From: Cyanobacteriota bacterium
GTDB taxonomy: Bacteria > Cyanobacteriota > Cyanobacteriia > Thermostichales > Thermostichaceae
Direction: 5' to 3'
Assembly: GCA_033764955.1 (NCBI GenBank)
Contig: JANRIL010000041.1
Coordinates: 1-64,000 of the forward strand
Length of the DNA: 64,000 nucleotides
The notes beneath the pieces are model-generated. The model was not told the origin of the DNA and searched no databases. It was given only the letters and a program-made list of their open reading frames with translations. Shown piece by piece: positions 61,083-64,000 of this stretch. Position 1 is the first letter of the stretch. Each line of letters opens with the position of its first letter. The position numbers were made by a program, and so were the translations under genes.

Positions 61083-62045
61083 TTACAATTGCAAATTCCC
61101 AAGAACTAAGTCGTTAGCAATTTTTCTTAGTTCATCAATTATTTTCCCTCTAATTTGCTGATAATTGTTACTGTTAGTAACTGCTTGATCTCTAGTTATT
61201 CTCAGTCGGTCGTTAACAGCACTATAATAAGCACCACTATGTCCACCATTATGAATAGCACCTGGCACACGCTTCGCTACCTCACTATTGGCAGGTAACA
61301 TCACCCCATTCTCAGCACTGTTGATGCCAATGCCATAATCTCTCAGAATATCTTGAGCTTCCTGCGCTGCTCCTGCCGTTGCCGCCACAATATAATGGGG
61401 TCTTGTGCCACAGGGCATGTCCCCATAAACAGCTTCTAATGCCCTTGCCAGTTGGTCGGAGTTACTGCTGGAAGTATAAGATAATCTCCTGCATTCCAAA
61501 TTAAATTGATACTTTTGACCCAGCTCTAGCATTGGTAGATTGGCACTCAATGGCTTTAACTGACTATAGCTACTGATGCTTCCTCCTGTTGGGTCATGAT
61601 TATTAAACAAAAGGTTGAGGGTCGCTGCATCAGGATAACTCCCCAAATCAATCGCCTCAATAGTAACAGAATTGTTAAATCCTGGTAAATCAACTGTCTG
61701 TAAGTTCCCTAATGTGATTGTTAGCTCGACAGGAGAGAGAGCAGGTTGAGCTGCAATATCAGAGGTAGAAGGGTTAAAAGAACCCGCAGATTCGATAGTT
61801 AGCTTGATGCGATCTTGATCCTGGTGATGTCCATTGTCTTCAAAGTTTATACCCAGAGAATAAGTATCATTCTTCAAGACCACTCTTACAGCAGACTGAA
61901 AGGCAAACGGAGTCGGATCCTTTAGGTCAGGACTAGGGCTAGGAGAGGGCGAAGGACAAGCGGAGGGACTGGGATCCGGGGGAGGATCTGGAGTGGGACT
62001 TGGGCTGAGAGGCGGCGGTGGTGGCGAACTGAATAAGCAGCTCAC
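61083..62045 (-). CDS. Orphan toxin module 2: Pro-rich linker + pre-toxin domain + AHH-type nuclease (HH motif reads HY)
   Basis: GTG start overlaps the upstream immunity TGA; SACPSPSP, DNGH, LGSYPDAAT, LECRR, PCGTRPHYIV, NSAENGVMLP, HNGGH. Confidence 0.82.
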   Translation of the reverse strand: MSCLFSSPPPPPLSPSPTPDPPPDPSPSACPSPSPSPSPDLKDPTPFAFQSAVRVVLKNDTYSLGINFEDNGHHQDQDRIKLTIESAGSFNPSTSDIAAQPALSPVELTITLGNLQTVDLPGFNNSVTIEAIDLGSYPDAATLNLLFNNHDPTGGSISSYSQLKPLSANLPMLELGQKYQFNLECRRLSYTSSSNSDQLARALEAVYGDMPCGTRPHYIVAATAGAAQEAQDILRDYGIGINSAENGVMLPANSEVAKRVPGAIHNGGHSGAYYSAVNDRLRITRDQAVTNSNNYQQIRGKIIDELRKIANDLVLGNLQL

Positions 62046-62596
62046 TCCTCATCACTTGACCAAATCTTGCGAAACAGAAAGCCTGTTAATCGAGCCCGTT
62101 CAACAATATTTACAAACTGATCTGTCACACAGGGATAGCTATCATGAGGAATTTGCACAGTCTTAAAAATGGTAAGTTGGGAAACCTTTTGTGGAATAAA
62201 ATAATATTTTTTGATATAATAAACTAAGCCATTTTGATTCTTTGATAGGGAAGACTTTTCTTCATCAAGAGCATCTACAATCGTTGTGGTATTGTAGAGA
62301 TAGAATGTTCCATTATCACTTTCTAACGGTAATAACTCTCCATTCATCTCTAGTACTTCTCCTAAAGCTTCTACTGCTTTCTCGGTAAATGCAGGCATCC
62401 CACTCAATCCTGGAAAATCACTAATTAGTCGAGGGGGTTTGTCAAGATCACTAACGAGCTGGACTGGTACTGGCTCCCAAATTCCTAATACAGGATTTCC
62501 AGAGAGAAATTTACTCACTTTATTGAGTTTCTCCCCACTGCCCACAACTAAACTTCGATATCTACTAACATCGGGTACTAAATGATAAATATTCAT
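62042..62596 (-). CDS. Immunity protein, Imm11/DUF1629-like (module 1, cognate to the full-length toxin)
   Basis: GAGGT RBS then MNIY; SDFP, PAFT.KA, GELLPL, YLYN.T.IVDALDEEKS, IFK, VTDQFV......LTGF.F.KIW. Confidence 0.84.
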   Translation of the reverse strand: MNIYHLVPDVSRYRSLVVGSGEKLNKVSKFLSGNPVLGIWEPVPVQLVSDLDKPPRLISDFPGLSGMPAFTEKAVEALGEVLEMNGELLPLESDNGTFYLYNTTTIVDALDEEKSSLSKNQNGLVYYIKKYYFIPQKVSQLTIFKTVQIPHDSYPCVTDQFVNIVERARLTGFLFRKIWSSDEE

Positions 62597-62606
62597 GCTC
62601 TGAACC

Positions 62607-63998
62607 TCAATGGGGAAATGTTTTTGCAATCAGTTCTTGTCGAATGTTATTCAATACATCTTGAATGTTAAATGTTGTTGCTCCTGGTTGATTTGCTGCT
62701 GCTGCTAATCTTCTCCTAACTTCCTGAACATAAGTGTTCGTATGAAGCCCTGGAGATTGATTATGAGGTGTGCCAGGAACGGGAATGCTATTATTCTGTG
62801 GTAATACTACTCCGTTTGAGGCACTGTTGATATGAATATCAAACTGAGTCAGAATATCTTTAGATGCTTGTACCGCTTCACTCATTTCCGGACTACCACT
62901 AAAGTTTCCTTTCGGCACAATATGATGAGCTGCCGTACCACATGGCATCCTTTTCCCATAATATCCAAATGGCTCTGAAAATACATTCCCAGATAAATTC
63001 ATGTGGAGTCCTTGCTCCATATTTCTGGCTAGCTTAGCGGCATCATCACTGCCACCAGCCGGAGCACGACGACACTCTACTTCAAAGGTAATGCTTTGGT
63101 TAGCACTCAACAACACACTCCCTTCAAATGTGGTGAGGCTAACCGATTGACTAGATCCAGGGAGAGGAGTTGGATCTTGTTCTACCTTTTCTATCTTAAA
63201 TTCTAGAGTGGCTGGCGGATATTCTCCTTCCGATAACCCCTCAATGGTGACTTTGTTCTCAACTGACTGGAGATCAAATACACTTGATTTGTCTTGAGCC
63301 GATAAATTAATAGAATCTTGCTCACCTGTAGCAGAACTAAGAGTATATCCAGTAGGTTCAACGGTAATAATAACGGAATCACCATCAGAAGTATGATGAC
63401 CATTATCGTTAAGCTTCATCGTAAATTGTTGATAGTCATGCACCACAACCTTGACAGGAATCTTATCGTCAACTTTGGGATCCGGTGAAGGACTAGGAGA
63501 GGGAGAAGGACAAGCGGATGGACTGGGATCCGGAGTTGGGGGAGGATCCGGAGTAGGAGTGGGTTGAGGAGTGGGAGTAGGACTCGGTGAAGGGAAAGGA
63601 TCTGGTTGGTTATAAATCTCTTCTAGAGTAGCGGCAAAAGCAGCTAGCTGCTCAGGAGCCATATAGTCCTCGACCAAGGCTAACAACTGAGCCGTGGAAT
63701 AGCCAACTAAGCCAAAGACTTCAATAGTTGTGAGAATACAGCCATTGGGATTGGCAAGAGCCAAGCATTGGTTAATAGCAGTTGCAAACGCTTGTGGGGA
63801 AACAGAACTAGTCTTGCTTTCGCTCTCAGAGAGGTGAAGGCTACTCTGGTCAGGAGGGCAAGGATCCGGAGTGGGAGTTGGGCTGGGAGGTGGCGGTGGT
63901 GGCGGTGGCGGTGGCGGTGGCGGTGGCGGCGGTGGTGGCGGAGTGGGATCTGGAGAGGGGAAAGGAGAAGGACTGGGGGTTGGGCTAGGAGAAGGGGA
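62607..63998 (-). CDS. C-terminal part of a large polymorphic toxin (start outside window): poly-Pro, hydrophobic helical segment, Pro linker, pre-toxin domain, AHH nuclease
   Basis: No stop from 63998 to 62607; PCGTAAHHIVP, INSASNGVVLP, HNQSPGLHT..Y. Confidence 0.85.
   Translation of the reverse strand, partial: SPSPSPTPSPSPFPSPDPTPPPPPPPPPPPPPPPPPPPSPTPTPDPCPPDQSSLHLSESESKTSSVSPQAFATAINQCLALANPNGCILTTIEVFGLVGYSTAQLLALVEDYMAPEQLAAFAATLEEIYNQPDPFPSPSPTPTPQPTPTPDPPPTPDPSPSACPSPSPSPSPDPKVDDKIPVKVVVHDYQQFTMKLNDNGHHTSDGDSVIITVEPTGYTLSSATGEQDSINLSAQDKSSVFDLQSVENKVTIEGLSEGEYPPATLEFKIEKVEQDPTPLPGSSQSVSLTTFEGSVLLSANQSITFEVECRRAPAGGSDDAAKLARNMEQGLHMNLSGNVFSEPFGYYGKRMPCGTAAHHIVPKGNFSGSPEMSEAVQASKDILTQFDIHINSASNGVVLPQNNSIPVPGTPHNQSPGLHTNTYVQEVRRRLAAAANQPGATTFNIQDVLNNIRQELIAKTFPH
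63885..63941 (-). repeat. Poly-proline tract (19 consecutive CCN codons, mostly CCA/CCG)
   Basis: (TGG/CGG)n on the + strand, in frame with the toxin ORF. Confidence 0.9.
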
Positions 63999-64000
63999 AG

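Noticed and set aside
57698..63518. Recurring repeats in the toxin region as CRISPR, attC or DGR elements
   Set aside because: They encode protein linkers and gene ends, lack attC palindromy and adenine-specific variation, and no reverse transcriptase is present in the window.

Overview
Chromosomal window from a cyanobacterium whose core genes are saturated with the palindrome GGGATCCC rather than canonical HIP1 (GCGATCGC), as described for Thermostichus / hot-spring Synechococcus-like lineages. Most of the window is housekeeping (helY-like helicase, argH, tgt, ispE, nagZ, uvrB, ruvB, P-type ATPase, crtW, pilD, mnmH/selU, plsC, aspC, hisIE, Na+/H+ antiporter, moaA, rsmI, hemC, pdxJ). Three accessory systems stand out. 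(1) At 1-1221, the 3' end of an integron integrase followed, in the same orientation, by one gene cassette with a well-formed attC. A second, degenerate solo attC lies 14 kb away (15.5 kb), and a possible third cassette head sits behind moaA. (2) At 49.5-52.5 kb, a collapsed tRNA-Pro island in which a truncated tyrosine integrase and a truncated EVE-domain gene are both cut at one IS5-family element. (3) At 57.7-64 kb, an AT-rich polymorphic toxin array. A large Pro-rich protein running off the window edge ends in an unrecognised ~110-130 aa pre-toxin domain plus an AHH-type HNH nuclease. It is followed by Imm11/DUF1629-like immunity genes and three orphan toxin/immunity modules joined by Pro-rich linker repeats rich in GGATCC. 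All calls come from reading the sequence and recalling family motifs; no searches were run.
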